64,000 nt of DNA from Eledone cirrhosa (GCA_964016885.1 OZ024760.1:29016001-29080000); one strand, 5' to 3'. Counted from the stretch's first letter, positions 12,955 to 26,772 are shown. Program-made: numbers and translations. Notes: a model not told the origin generated them from the sequence alone.

Positions 12955-13574
12955 GATGCATTAGTATCCTAGATACATCTATGTATGCTATATCATTTCA
13001 TCATCATCATTTCATTTTACGTCCGCTTTTCCCTGCTTGCAAGGGTGGGACGGGAACTGATTCTGGCTTGATTTCTACAGCTGGATGCCCTTCCTAACAC
13101 CAACCTCATTTACAGTGAGTGCTGGGTGCTTTTTTGCCGTAGCACCTCCACGACCACTTTGCAGTGGAATGATATGGACCCCAGTCCCTATCATCTCATT
13201 TCTACAGCTGAGTAAACTGGAGCAATGTGAAATAAAGTGTCTTGCTCAAGGAAACAACACATCACCCGGTCTGAGAATTGAACTCACAACCTTTCAATTG
13301 CAAGGCCAATGCTCTAACCACTAAGCCATGTGCCTCCTTATATAAAATATAAAACAGCGCACATGGCATCTTAGCGAGTCTCACAAATCCACACCACTAA
13401 AAATAGCACCCAGGTTTACTCGACATTTGAAATAGCTCAATAAATTAACGGAGCCGAATATATTAAAGGTATATATTGAGTTAGGAACTCAAAATAGTCT
13501 CTTTCACCTTAGTGAAGCAGGTCCCTTACGATTTGAACACATATATCTATATATCTGTGTTTGTTTTTTCTTTT

Positions 13575-13645
<71 letters not shown>

Positions 13646-13671
13646 TATCTATATATATATATACATATATA

Positions 13672-13721
<50 letters not shown>

Positions 13722-13771
13722 TATCTATATATATATATACATATATATCTATATATATATATACATATATA

Positions 13772-13821
<50 letters not shown>

Positions 13822-13883
13822 TATCTATATATATATACATATATATATATATGTATATATACATATATATATACATATATATA

Positions 13884-13941
<58 letters not shown>

Positions 13942-13949
13942 AATATATA

Positions 13950-14330
13950 TCAAAAGTTTACCCTAAAATGGGAGAAATTAGCTAAAACCCAAAGCTTTTC
14001 CAGGAGCCAAAATTTCTGCAAATTGTGTAATCTTGAGATTTATTACATAATCACACACAAGAAGAAACTGCTGAATAACAGAATTGAACGAACATTATTC
14101 TGCCGTCACAGAACTAAAACCCTTTTTTCCCACTACAAGCCGAATATTACATAAAAGAGGGACATCCCCCAACTATATAAACCTTAATCTAGTTAGAAAA
14201 ATATAAAAACAATCTCTTCTCAACATATATTAATAACCTTAAATTACCACACTAATAATGGAAAGATATGCTGATGAGAATAGGTGTAAATATGCGATAA
14301 TGAATGTGTCTAAAAACGTCCATAAGTATG
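13950..14330 (+). mobile_element. Penelope-like element 3' remnant (endonuclease C-terminus + degenerate HHR)
   Basis: LKWEKL...[12 protein letters not shown]...LLNNRIE...CRH resembles the CxLCLxEK...LLNKRxE...CRH end of PLE GIY-YIG domains. Followed at 14267-14324 by tatg-CTGATGA...aaaacGTC-cata. Confidence 0.7.
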
Positions 14331-14421
14331 TATATATATGTGAACATGTATATAAATAAGTAAATATATATATATGTTTGATGTGTATAGTTAGATGTAA
14401 GTGTATTCATGTATTAAAGTG

Positions 14422-14470
<49 letters not shown>

Positions 14471-15028
14471 ATATGTGTATATAGATGTGTATGTATGTGT
14501 ATGTGTGTACACATGGACTAGAGTATGTATGTATATATGTGTGTGTCTATACGTGTGTATATAAAGATAAGTTGAGTATGAAAATGTATACACATGAGCG
14601 CGTATGTATGTACATGAATACATGTGTGTATATATATGAGTATGCATGTGTATATATATATGTAAGTATGAATATGTGAATTGTGAGTATATGTATTTTG
14701 TAGAGGTGTGCAAATATATTTGTGTGTGAATGCGTGGGTGAAAGGATACGTACACTTGAAAGAAAAATTTAAGTCTGAATGTTAATTAAGTGCAAACACA
14801 AAACCAACCACGCATATCTTTACTATCTCTAATCCTTCTATAGATTTAGAAAAATAACCAATAATATATTCTATAAAAAATGTCAAAACAACAGATGGGA
14901 ATCTAATTACTCACTGCCACCAAGAATTCTCACTGCTATCGAAAAACCACTCCTTCAACTATTCTTCTAACAACTTCACCCCTCCCTCCTAATATTCTCT
15001 ATAAAAACTAAATAGGTCCTCAGTAATA

Positions 15029-15148
15029 TTATTCTGATGAAATGACAGTAAATAATAACATTGAAATATTGAATGTCTGCATAACTAAAAGTTTGTAGAT
15101 AGCAGCTGTTTTAGGTTATGTAACTGTTATAGAAACACGTGTCAATAA
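15029..15148 (+). ncRNA. Type I hammerhead with long helix II domain
   Basis: ttatt-CTGATGA-aatgacagt...actgttata-GAAA-cacgtg-TC-aataa, with loopless palindromic helix III ACACGTGT. Confidence 0.8.
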
Positions 15149-15182
15149 ATTCCTTTCAACTAAACTGTATCCATTCAAATCT

Positions 15183-15249
<67 letters not shown>

Positions 15250-15543
15250 TGTATATATACATGTATATATACATGTATATATATATGTATATATACATGT
15301 ATATATATATGTATATATACATGTATATATACATGTATATATATATGTATATATATATGTATATATACATGTATATATATATGTATATATACATGTATAT
15401 ATATATGTATATATACATGTATATATATATATGTATATATACATGTATATATACATGTATATATATATGTACATATACATATATATATATAGTTTTGCGA
15501 GGTTTTTGATATGAAATCGTGGGTTGAAACAAATATTGTTATA

Positions 15544-16680
15544 CTTGGGGAGGGTCATATTTGTGTAATATTGCCAGAATTAATAACAGAACACACTCAC
15601 TGTTTGGTTGGTTTTCGCTTCTGTATCTTTTATATCAGTTAATTTAATTTATTTGGTCCTCAATGTTACCATTGACTGACCAACAGTCAAAAATACAGAT
15701 ACAATATAGACACAAACACATATATATATATAGTCTAACAAAGTTCTTTCGTTGCACATCTGCAACATCGTCAGTGGTGCTATTATGTTTCCTCCTCTTG
15801 TATTGTATGCCTACGCCATCTTTATTCAGTCTGTTTATTTATTTATTTATTTATTTTTGTCTTCTTCTCTTAGAAGTATTGTTTGTTTGGGTGTTGTTGT
15901 TATTCCATTCATTTTTTCTGTTTAGCCTTGGTCTTCTAAGTTCTATTTCGCTGGCCTCTCTGATTTGCCTATCCGGTGGGTCATTTCTATGTTTAGATAT
16001 TATTTTAATTTCTATGTTGTCTATGTTACCGTCGTGTTGTTGTCTGGCATGTTCGTATAGTACTGAACCGTTTTTTCGTCCTTTTAGTTCCCCCAGTGTT
16101 GGTCTATCCTTTCACCTATGCTACGAGCTGTCTCACCTATCTATGTTGTTGTCATGTTTCTGCAAGTACCCTCTGTACATCTTATGCTATAGACTACGTT
16201 TCTAGTTTTACAGGGTAGGCGATAGTTACAGTTATACTCTGGTGTATGGAATTAGCTATCTGCTGGATGCTTGCCATTGTGCTACGTTCTAAATCAAACT
16301 TATTAGTACTCTCTTGTGGGTATGTCCTTATTATTATATTGATGTCGTTTACGTAACGAGAGTACATGATGAGGTCTATGGAGCTCTCATTAAGGAGATC
16401 TTTGAGACTCTTTTCCCACCATTCCATAAAAAGGTTGGCAACGTCACCAGCTATGCTGACGCCAATGGCTGCTCCCTCATTTTGGGTGTAGATCTTCTTG
16501 TTGAATTTGAATATGTGGCCCTTTAGGGTAGTTTTGATACTAGCCCCTATTGCATGTGCGACCATTTTTCTTACCTGATCATTGTTTTGGGGGGTCTGTA
16601 TAGCTTTGGTCCACCCAATCCGCCTTCCCATGGGAGTCTTTTTTGCCATTGAGGTTATGGTGGGGGGTCTACCTCTAACC
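15544..16680 (-). mobile_element. Penelope-like retroelement, internally deleted (RT core + GIY-YIG endonuclease + pLTR)
   Basis: RT motifs HIFKFNKKIYTQNEGAAIG and RYVND. Then NVVYSIRC...*IGETARSIGERI.QH and SVLYEH...RQIREASEIE...LNRKNEW (16200-15910). HHR core CTGACGA-t-gttgca gatg tgcaac-GAAA at 15747-15774. Confidence 0.88.
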
Positions 16681-16768
16681 AGCCTTCGTCAGGACGGTCC
16701 CTCCCACTGCTAGCGACTGCTGGACTAGAAGACAGCTGAGAATATATACTTTTCTTGTCTGTGTAAAT

Positions 16769-17006
16769 AAAAAAAACAACAAAAAGGATCGATCGACTTT
16801 CGTCAAATCGGACCAAGGAAACAATGTTTTCCATTGGTCTTTCCAGTTGCTAGTACTATCTATCGGTCGCAACTCCAGGTAGAAGGAGCAACGTGAAATA
16901 AAGTGTCTTGCTGAAGGACATAACGCATCGCCCGGTCCAGGAATTGAACTCACAACCTCAAGATTGTGAATCCAATTCTCTAACCACTCAGCCACATGCC
17001 TTCACG
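16769..17006 (-). mobile_element. tRNA-derived SINE with 10-bp TSD
   Basis: A/B boxes tggctgagtgg and gagttcaattcc. TSD ctgtgtaaat at 16759-16768 and 17007-17016. Second copy at ~50383-50600(+). Confidence 0.8.
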
Positions 17007-17175
17007 CTGTGTAAATGAGGTGATTAATCTCATTTGCATATGAAGCTGCATAAGTTGGCTCAACTTACGGCTTCCTAAAACTGTATTTCTTTGGAGATAC
17101 AAAATATTTATACATATTGTATAAAGCTATGCTTGAAGGGAAATCCTATTTCTTTTTTATATATATATATGTATG

Positions 17176-17206
<31 letters not shown>

Positions 17207-17225
17207 ATATATATATATATATATA

Positions 17226-18298
17226 TATTCCCAATCTTTGCTCCCAAATACAGGAAGTCCTCAACCAATTCCAGCGGCTTCCTGCCTACATTAGTGATCC
17301 CCTCTGGCTTCTCAACATTCTCTACCAGATATTTTGTTTTAGTCTCATTCATTCTCAGCCCCACACTCATCGACACAATCTGAACCTCCTGCATCAAACC
17401 CTCTGCCTCCTTCACTGTATTTGTCACCAAAACTATGTCGTCGGCAAATTCAGCATCCGATATCTTTTTTGCTTTAACTCTCCTGCTCTGAGCCGGTGCT
17501 ACAGTAAAGCCAGAGTCCTGGTGTTTCTCCAGTGCAAGGCACATACAATAGTCCACTATGATGATAAAAAGGTAGGGAGCCAATGATCTCCCTGGAGCAC
17601 TCCAGCCAGTATCTCAAAGAACTCTGTCATCACATCAGGTGTAATGACTTGGGCTTTGGTGTAGAGCAGTGATATCAGGTTCACTATCTTCTTGGGGATT
17701 CCATAAGCCTGTAAGATCTTCATCAGGCAGTCACGGTCCATAGAATCAAAGATTGGGAATACGGAAGATGATGTGGTTGAGAGGAAAAGCAAAGCCTGGG
17801 CGGCGTGCCACAGTTTGAGATCGGTGTGGAAGTCGGACCTTCGTGAAGACCTGAAGATCCGCCTCTTCATTGCTGTAGTGGAGTCTGTGCTGCTGTACGG
17901 GTCTGAGACTTGGACACTGACCAAGAAACTCACTCAGATGGTGGAGGGGTGCTACATGAGAATGCTGAGGATGGCTCTGAACATTAATCAGTATATACTG
18001 AGGATGAAAAACTCAGAGCTGTATGGGAGCCTCCCAAAAGTCAGCTCAAAAGTGACACAGAGGAGACTGAGGTTAGTTGGACATGCTCACCGACATCCAG
18101 AGTTGACATTGCACTCAGTGCTCCTGTGGGAGCTCCTGCATGGACACACTAGATGAGGAAGACCAAGGTTAACGTAAGTTGATGCCCTAAGGACAGACAC
18201 TTGTCTGTTGGAGACGCAGGACATGGCAGCGATAGTAAGGGACAGAGACCGCTGGAGAGAACTCATCAGGAATTTTACCCGCCCTAGATAGATAGACA
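17226..18298 (+). mobile_element. RTE-like LINE 3' part with inverted 5' segment
   Basis: 17226-17750(-) encodes FDSMDR...GVLQGD...FADD...FLYLGAKIGN. 17747-18285(+) continues KIGNTEDDV...ESVLLYGSETW...RRLRLVGH and ends in a (TAGA)n tail. Confidence 0.88.
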
Positions 18299-18773
18299 TA
18301 TATATATAAATGTATATATACATATATATATATGTAGGTGAAGACACATGGCTTAGTGGTTAAAGCATTGGCCTTGCAATCCAAAGGTTGTGAGTTCAAT
18401 TCTCGGACTGGGTGATGTGCTGTTTCCTTGAGCAAGACACTTTATTTCACATTGCTCCAATTTACTCAGCTGTAGAAATGAGATGATAGGGACTGGGGTC
18501 CCTATCATTCCACTGTAAAGTGGTCGTGGAGGTGCCACGGCAAAAAAGCACCCAGCACTAACTGTAAATGAGGTGTTAGGAAGGGCATCCAGCTGTAGAA
18601 AACAAGCCAGAATCAGTTCCTGTATGAGCAAGACAAGATCAGCTGACTGGACACTGCCCACAACAGGACAACCCGTCTAACCCATGTTAGCGTGGAAGAA
18701 CGGACGTAAAACGGTGATGATTATGATATGTATATATATATATATATACACACACACACATATATACACACAC

Positions 18774-18845
<72 letters not shown>

Positions 18846-18850
<5 letters not shown>

Positions 18851-19067
18851 AACCAGTAAGACCCCGACGGCTGAGCTCAAGCCGTTTCGACGGCTAATTC
18901 TGCAGAATTCGCCATCAAAACGGCAGAATTCGGCAGAATTAGCTGTCGAAACGGCTTGAGCTCAGCCGTCGGGGTCTTACTGGTTCCTATTACCCACTCT
19001 ACTACCCTAAGTATTGAGTACTTTGGTGCGTTATAGTCCACCTGGTTCCTTACCACATTTCCTTCGT

Positions 19068-19068
<1 letters not shown>
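18846..19068 (+). mobile_element. Fold-back element carrying the 3' half of a hammerhead (family also at 51838-52020 and 59545-59730)
   Basis: Inverted repeat 18846-18990 containing GAAA-cggc tgagctca-type loop gccg-TC-ggggtc, then a shared ~80-nt tail. Confidence 0.75.
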
Positions 19069-19122
<54 letters not shown>

Positions 19123-19179
19123 TATACACAATGCTTCAAGCAAACTTTTATTTTATTATACATATGTATCTATATATAT

Positions 19180-20210
19180 CATCATCATCATCACCGTTTT
19201 ACGTCCGTTCTTCCACGCTAGCATGGGTTAGACGGGTTGTCCTGTTGTGGGCAGTGTCTGGTCGGCTGACCATGCCTTGCTTATACAGGAACTGATCTGG
19301 CTTGATTTCTACAGCTGGATGCCCTTCCTAACACCAACCTCATTTACAGTGAGTGCTGGGTGCTTTTTCGTGGCGCCTACACGTCCACTTTACAGTGTGG
19401 GCTGGGTGCTTTTTTGCCGTGGCACCTCCACGACCACCTTGCGGTGGGGGGGGGGGGCATATTGTTTATATGCTTCAGCATGTACCCATGGGAGGTCGGG
19501 TACCCTGTATTACTGCGTGACGCCAGAAGTCACGGTCGTGTGTCATTGACTTTGAGAGGTGTAGTTGGGTAAGGTCGGCTTTTATCACCTCATCCCAAGT
19601 CATCTTGGGTCTCCCCACTCCGCGGTTTCCATCAACTTCTAGTGCTCTGCACCTTTTTATGCAGCTGTCATCCTTCATACGCATCACATGTCCATACCAG
19701 CGTAACCGCCTCTCCTGCACGCAGCATTTGATTCCTCTTATGCTCAGTCTCTCTCTCAATTCATTTATGCTTTGTCGTTCACGTATATTACTGTTACACA
19801 TCCATCGGAGCATGCAGGCTTCGTTTCTCTCTAATCTACGTAAGTCTTCCACCTTCAGCGCCCAGGTCTCACTACCATGCAACATCGCTGTTCGGATACA
19901 CGCATCATACAGTCTGCCTTTCATTCTGAGGGAGAAGCCTTTTGCAGCTAGCAGTGGTAGTAGTTCCCTAAACTTCTTCCATCCCGTTCTTACCCTAGTT
20001 ATTGTACTTTCTGAGCACCCACCTCCGTTGCTAATTCGGTCACCTAGGTAGCAGAAGCTGTCTACTGTTTCTACAGGGCCCTCCCAGAGATTGGTGGTAC
20101 TTGTTTCCTGTGGCTGTTTGCTTGCTGTTTCAGCACAGCTGCTGCATGTGAATCCTACATTCTTAATTAAGCTTCCTGAGATCCCGCTACATCTCTTGTG
20201 TACCCATTGT
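19180..20210 (-). mobile_element. RTE LINE 3' fragment (same family as 4241-7320)
   Basis: QWVHKRCSG...FCYLGD...MLHGSETW...LRWYGHVMR...GRPKMTW, then 3' UTR and (GAT)n tail. Confidence 0.92.
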
Positions 20211-20221
20211 GTACCCATATA

Positions 20222-20311
<90 letters not shown>

Positions 20312-20576
20312 GTTTAGGAAACGTAAAAGAAACTCAACTATAAGGATAATTCCTGTTCTTTGGCTGTCTGCTGTTGGTCGCTGATGTTTCGATGCAATAA
20401 AGACAGTATACCTCACCATAGGACGTTAATAACTAAGAAGAATAGTTATTAGGGAAGAAAACAACAAAACACCCCCTCAAAAAACAGACGATAGGGAAGA
20501 GAACAACAGAAAAAGAAGAGAAAAAAACAGAAGAAAAACATACTGCTAGAGGGGGAGGGGACACACCAAACAGTAG

Positions 20577-20616
<40 letters not shown>

Positions 20617-21225
20617 GATGTGTGTCTATATGTGTGTATAACAGGCTCTGTGGCACAGAGTTACATCACTTTGTTTTGAGTTCAATTCCCGCCGAGGTTA
20701 GCTTGCCATTTCATCCTTACGGGGATGATAAAATAAAGTTCCAGTAACGTACTGGGGTTGATTTCATCGACTTTAACTTCTCCCTAAATGACTGGCCTTG
20801 TGTTTTAAGTAGAAGTCATTATTATTGTTATAAGAAGGGCGGTGGATTGGCAGTATCGGTAGAGGGTCGGACGCCATGCTTTGACGCATAGAGTTACGGC
20901 CCTTGCCATTCATCATTTCATTTTACGTCCGCTTTTCCCTGCTTGCTAGGGTGGGACGGGAACAGATTCTGGCTTGATTTCTACAGCTGGATGCCCTTCC
21001 TAACACCAACCTTGTTTTACAGTGAGTGCTGGGTGCTTTTTTGCCGTGGCACCTCCATGTCCACTTTGCAGTGGAATGATAGGGACCCCAGTCCCTATCA
21101 TCTCATTTCTACAGCTGAGTAAACTGGAGCAATGTGAAATAAAGTGTCTTGCTCACCCGGTCTGAGAATTGAACTCACAACCTTTCGATTGCAAGACCAA
21201 TGCTCTAACCACTAAGCTATGTGCC

Positions 21226-21256
<31 letters not shown>

Positions 21257-22014
21257 CCTCTCCACTGCTGCCAGCAAGCCACAACTCTATGGCAGTTGGT
21301 TTATCTACAATAATGGTTGATTTCTCCACAAAAGATATTTTGTGGGGAATTTTATAATATTTTTGTTTGATTTTCTTTTGTCTCTCTCCATATATATACA
21401 TACCTTTGAAAAGCAGTGTTCTGTCTGTCTGTCTGTCACTCTGTTTGTCTTCCTATGCCTCCATTCTGAGTTCAAATCCCGGGGTCGATAAAATAAAGTA
21501 CCAGTAATACACTGGGTAATTGCTGGCCTTGTGCCTAAAGTAGAAACAATTATTGTTATAAGTGGAGTATTGGCAGTATCGGTAGAGCATCGGACGCCAT
21601 GCTTTGCAGCATAGATTCGAACTCAGAACGTATTCAGCATACGTTGAGTTCAAATCCTGCCGAGGTTAACTTTGCCTTTCATCCTTACAGGGTTGATAAA
21701 ATAAAGTACCAGTAATACACTGGCGTTGATTTAATCAACTCTCCCTTCTCCCTTGTGCCCTAGTAGAGGGTCGGACGCCATGCTTTGACGCAGAGTTACG
21801 GCCCTTTCCATTCTGAGTTCAAATCCCGCCGAGGTTGACTTTGCCTTTCATCCTTACGGGGTCGATAAAAATAAAGTACCAGTAATGTACTGGGGTCGAT
21901 TTAATCAACTCCCCTGCCCCCAAAATTGCTGGCCTTGTGCCTTTATAAGAAACCATTATTTCTACCTCGAGTCATTAATTAAATTTTGACTGAAATTCCA
22001 AAAACTAAAACTCT

Positions 22015-25000
22015 TTGTGTGTATATAAATGTATGTATATATATATATTTATGTGGCTGTGTGTATATAAATGTATGTATATGTATATTTATGTGGTTGT
22101 GTGTATATGAATGTATGTATATATATATTTATGTGGTTGTGTGTATATGAATGTATGTATATATATATTTATGTGGTTGTGTGTATATGAATGTATGTAT
22201 ATGTATATTTATGTGGTTGTGTGTATATGAATGTATGTATATATATATTTATGTGGTTGTGTATATATAAATGTATGTATATATATATATTTATGTGGTT
22301 GTGTGTATATGAATGTATGTATATATATTTATGTGGTTGTGTGTATATGAATGTATGTATATATATTTATGTGGTTGTGTGTATATGAATGTATGTATAT
22401 GAATGTATGTATATATATTTATGTGGTTGTGTGTATATAAATGTATGTATATATATATTTATGTGGTTGTGTATATGAATGTATGTATATATATATTTAT
22501 GTGGTTGTGTGTATATGAATGTATGTATATATATATTTATGTGGTTGTGTATATATAAATGTATGTATATGTATATTTATGTGGTTGTGTGTATATCAAT
22601 GTATGTATATATATATTTATGTGGTTGTGTGTATATGAATGTATGTATATATATATTTATGTGGTTGTGTGTATATGAATGTATGTATATATATATTTAT
22701 GTGGTTGTGTGTATATGAATGTATGTATATATATATTTATGTGGTTGTGTATATATAAATGTATGTATATATATATTTATGTGGTTGTGTGTATATGAAT
22801 GTATGTATATATATATTTATGTGGTTGTGTGTATATAAATGTATGTATATGAATGTATGTATATATATTTATGTGGTTGTGTGTATATGAATGTATGTAT
22901 ATATATATTTATGTGGTTGTGTGTATATAAATGTATGTATATGAATGTATGTATATATATTTATGTGGTGTGTATATAAATGTATGTATATGAATGTATG
23001 TATATATATTTATGTGTTGTGTGTATATAAATGTATGTATATGAATGTATGTATATATATTTATGTGGTGTGTATATAAATGTATGTATATGAATGTATG
23101 TATATATATTTATGTGGTTGTGTGTATATGAATGTATGTATATATATATTTATGTGGTTGTGTGTATATGAATGTATGTATAAGAATGTATGTATATATA
23201 TTTATGTGGTTGAGTGTATATAAATGTATGTATATGAATGTATGTATATATATTTATGTGGTTGTGTGTATATAAATGTATGTATATGAATGTATGTATA
23301 TATATTTATGTGGTTGTGTGTATATAAATGTATGTGTATGAATGTATGTATATATATATTTATGTGGTTGTGTGTATATAAATGTATGTATATGAATGTA
23401 TGTATATATATTTATGTGGTTGAGTGTATATGAATGTATGTATATATATATTTATGTGGTTGTGTGTATATGAATGTATGTATCATCATCATCATCATCA
23501 TCAGGTTTAGCGTCCGTGTTCCACGCTTGCATGGGTTTGGACGGGGGTTTTCCCACTTGAGGCAAGAGTGGTTGTCTTGCTCGCATAGGACTGTCTGGCG
23601 GGTTTTCTACAGCTGGATGCCCTTCCTAACACCAACCACATTTACAGTGTGGGGCTGGGAGGTTTTTACCGTGTTGCCTACACGGCCACATTTACAGCGT
23701 GGACTGTGTGTTTTTTTGTCGTGACACCTACACGATCTCATTTGTTTCGGCCTGGATGTTGTGGGACCAACATAACTTTACATTGAAAGGGGCGGTGTGG
23801 ATGGGGTGGTGGGATGGGGGTGTGTTTTGATAGAGATGCCTACTGACTGTAGTAGGTTTTTACTTTGTATTTAGGTAAGGCGGGTCTTCTGTATTACTGA
23901 GTACCGCCAAAGGTCTCGGTCCAGTGACATTGTCTTGGAGAGGTGTAAGCGTGTGAGGTCGGAATTTATCAGCTCGTCCCATGTTTTTCTGGGTCTGCCT
24001 ACTCCGTGGCTACCGTCTATCTTTATTGCCCTGCACTTTGTTATACAGCTGTCGTCTTTCATGCGCATCACGTGACCATACCAACGTAGCCTTCTCTCGA
24101 GTAAACAACATCTGATATATATATTTATGTGGTTGTGTGTATATGAATGTATGTATATATATATTTATGTGGTTGTGTGTATATAAATGTATGTATATGA
24201 ATGTATGTATATATATTTATGTGGTTGTGTGTATATGAATGTATGTATATATATATTTATGTGGTTGTGTGTATATGAATATATGTATATATATATTTAT
24301 GTGGTTGTGTGTATATGAATGTATGTATATATATATTTATGTGGTTGTGTGTATATGAATGTATGTATATATATATTTATGTGGTTGTGTGTATATAAAT
24401 GTATGTATATGAATGTATGTATATATATTTATGTGGTTGTGTGTATATGAATGTATGTATATATATATTTATGTGGTTGTGTGTATATGAATATATGTAT
24501 ATATATATTTATGTGGTTGTGTGTATATGAATGTATGTATATATATATTTATGTGGTTGTGTGTATATGAATGTATGTATATATATATTTATGTGGTTGT
24601 GTGTATATGAATGCATGTATATATATATTTATGTGGTTGTGTGTATATAAATGAATGTATATGAATGTATGTATATATATATTTATGTGGTTGTGTGTAT
24701 ATGAATGTATGTATATATATATTTATGTGGTTGTGTGTATATGAATGCATGTATATATATATTTATGTGGTTGTGTGTATATAAATGAATGTATATGAAT
24801 GTATGTATATATATATTTATGTGGTTGTGTGTATATAAATGTATGTATATAAATGTATGTATATATATATTTATGTGGTTGTGTGTATATGAATGTATGT
24901 ATATATATATTTATGTGGTTGTCTGTATATAAATGTATGTATATATATAGTTATGTGGCTGTGTGTATATAAATGTATGTGTATATATATTTATGTGGTT

Positions 25001-25320
25001 GTGTGTATATAAATGTATGTATACATATATTTATGTGGTTGTGTGTATACAAATGAATGTATATATATATTTATGTGGTTGTGTGTATATAAATGAATGT
25101 ATATATATTTATGTGGCTGTGTGTATATAAATGAATGTATACATATCTATGTGGTTGTGTGTATATAAATGTATGTATATATATATGTTATGTGGCTGTG
25201 TGTATATAAATGTATGTGTATATATATTTTTATGTGGTTGTGTGTATATACATGTATGTATACATATCTATGTGGTTGAGTGTATATAAATGTATGTATA
25301 TATATTTATGTGGTTGTGTG
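22015..25320. repeat. ~40-bp satellite array interrupted by an RTE fragment
   Basis: (ttatgtggttgtgtgtatatgaatgtatgtatatatatat)n with 38/40/50-bp variants. Confidence 0.95.
23483..24115 (-). mobile_element. RTE LINE 3' end inserted in satellite
   Basis: RRLRWYGHVMRMKDD...GRPRKTW, 3' UTR, (GAT)n tail. Confidence 0.9.
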
Positions 25321-25702
25321 TAGGGATATGTGTGGAGGTGGGGAGAGTATGTGTGTGAGAAGGAGTGTATGTATGTGTGTGTGTGGTGTATGTGTGAGGT
25401 GTATATGTGGGTATGTATGGGTGGGAAGGAGTGTAGTGTGGGGTGTGAGGTGTGTGTGTGTGGGGGGGGGCATGTATGTTTGTGGGGATGGGAGGGTTTG
25501 TGGGTGGATAGGAGTGTATGTGTATATGTGAGGATATGTGTGGGAAGGAGTGTGTGTGTTTTGGAGGTGTGTGTGTGTGTGTGTGTGTGTGTGGTTAACT
25601 ATAGATTTTATTGCCAGTTCCAGTAAAATTTATATTTTTGGAACTAGCAGTTGAAATTTTCTCCTTGTATAGTGTGTATAATATATATATATACATACAT
25701 AC

Positions 25703-25774
<72 letters not shown>

Positions 25775-25819
25775 TTTGCTTAAACTTTAATCTGTTATTT
25801 TAATAAATATATATATATG

Positions 25820-25894
<75 letters not shown>

Positions 25895-25995
25895 CATGCA
25901 TATATATATTTATGTATATATATTTATATATATGTATGCATATATATATATATATGCTTATATATATGCATGCAATATGCTTATATATATGCATG

Positions 25996-26037
<42 letters not shown>

Positions 26038-26439
26038 CATGCATATATATTTATGTATATATGTTTATATATATGTATGCATATATATATATATATATAT
26101 ATAGACATGCATATTTAACAACTGCTCGGCTCATTTAACAACAAAGAATGAAAAAATAAAATGAAAGCTAGAAAAGAAAAGGAAAAGTGTAAAATTCATT
26201 TCCTCACGAATTGTTTGATAAATGGCATTAGTACTCTTCTGTTTCTCACTTTCTGCCATATATGATACAATATATATATAATACAATGTATATATATATA
26301 TATATTGTATATATACACAGTAAATATACACAACGAATATATATATGTAGAGGTTATATTTAATTTGTTGGGATACAACAAGCAAAATATTTTTATAACT
26401 GATATAAAGCATTCAACAAATTATTGGAGTAAATATAGA

Positions 26440-26772
26440 ATATATTAACAAATGGAAACTATATTTATAAAACCATATTTATTTCATTATAATTATTTCA
26501 AGGGCCATCAAGGTAAACTATGGTGCGCTTTCATCAGATAAAATATAATATAGGTTAGTTTTATAAATAAATATTGACATACCCTTAAAATCCAGGAGAT
26601 TCCAACCAGAAAGGTTGCATTTTTTAAGGGTATGTCAATATTTATTTATAAAACTAACCTATATTATATTTTATCTGATGAAAGCGCACCATAGTTTACC
26701 TTGGTGGCCCTTGAATTATGTATAATGAAATAAATATGGTTTTATAAATATAGTTTCCATTTGTTAATATAT
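26440..26772. mobile_element. Fold-back element with divergent hammerheads (26481-26544 -, 26668-26731 +)
   Basis: Minus arm attttat-CTGATGA-aagcgcacca...tgatggccctt-GAAA-taatta-TA-atgaaat. The plus arm has GAAT in place of GAAA. The central hairpin recurs at ~27068-27165. Confidence 0.75.

Noticed and set aside
20375-20425. Possible minus-strand HHR (gtcct-atggtga...GAAACATC-agcgac)
   Set aside because: The core is too mutated to separate from chance. The same applies to candidates at ~990-1045, ~48750 and ~29704.
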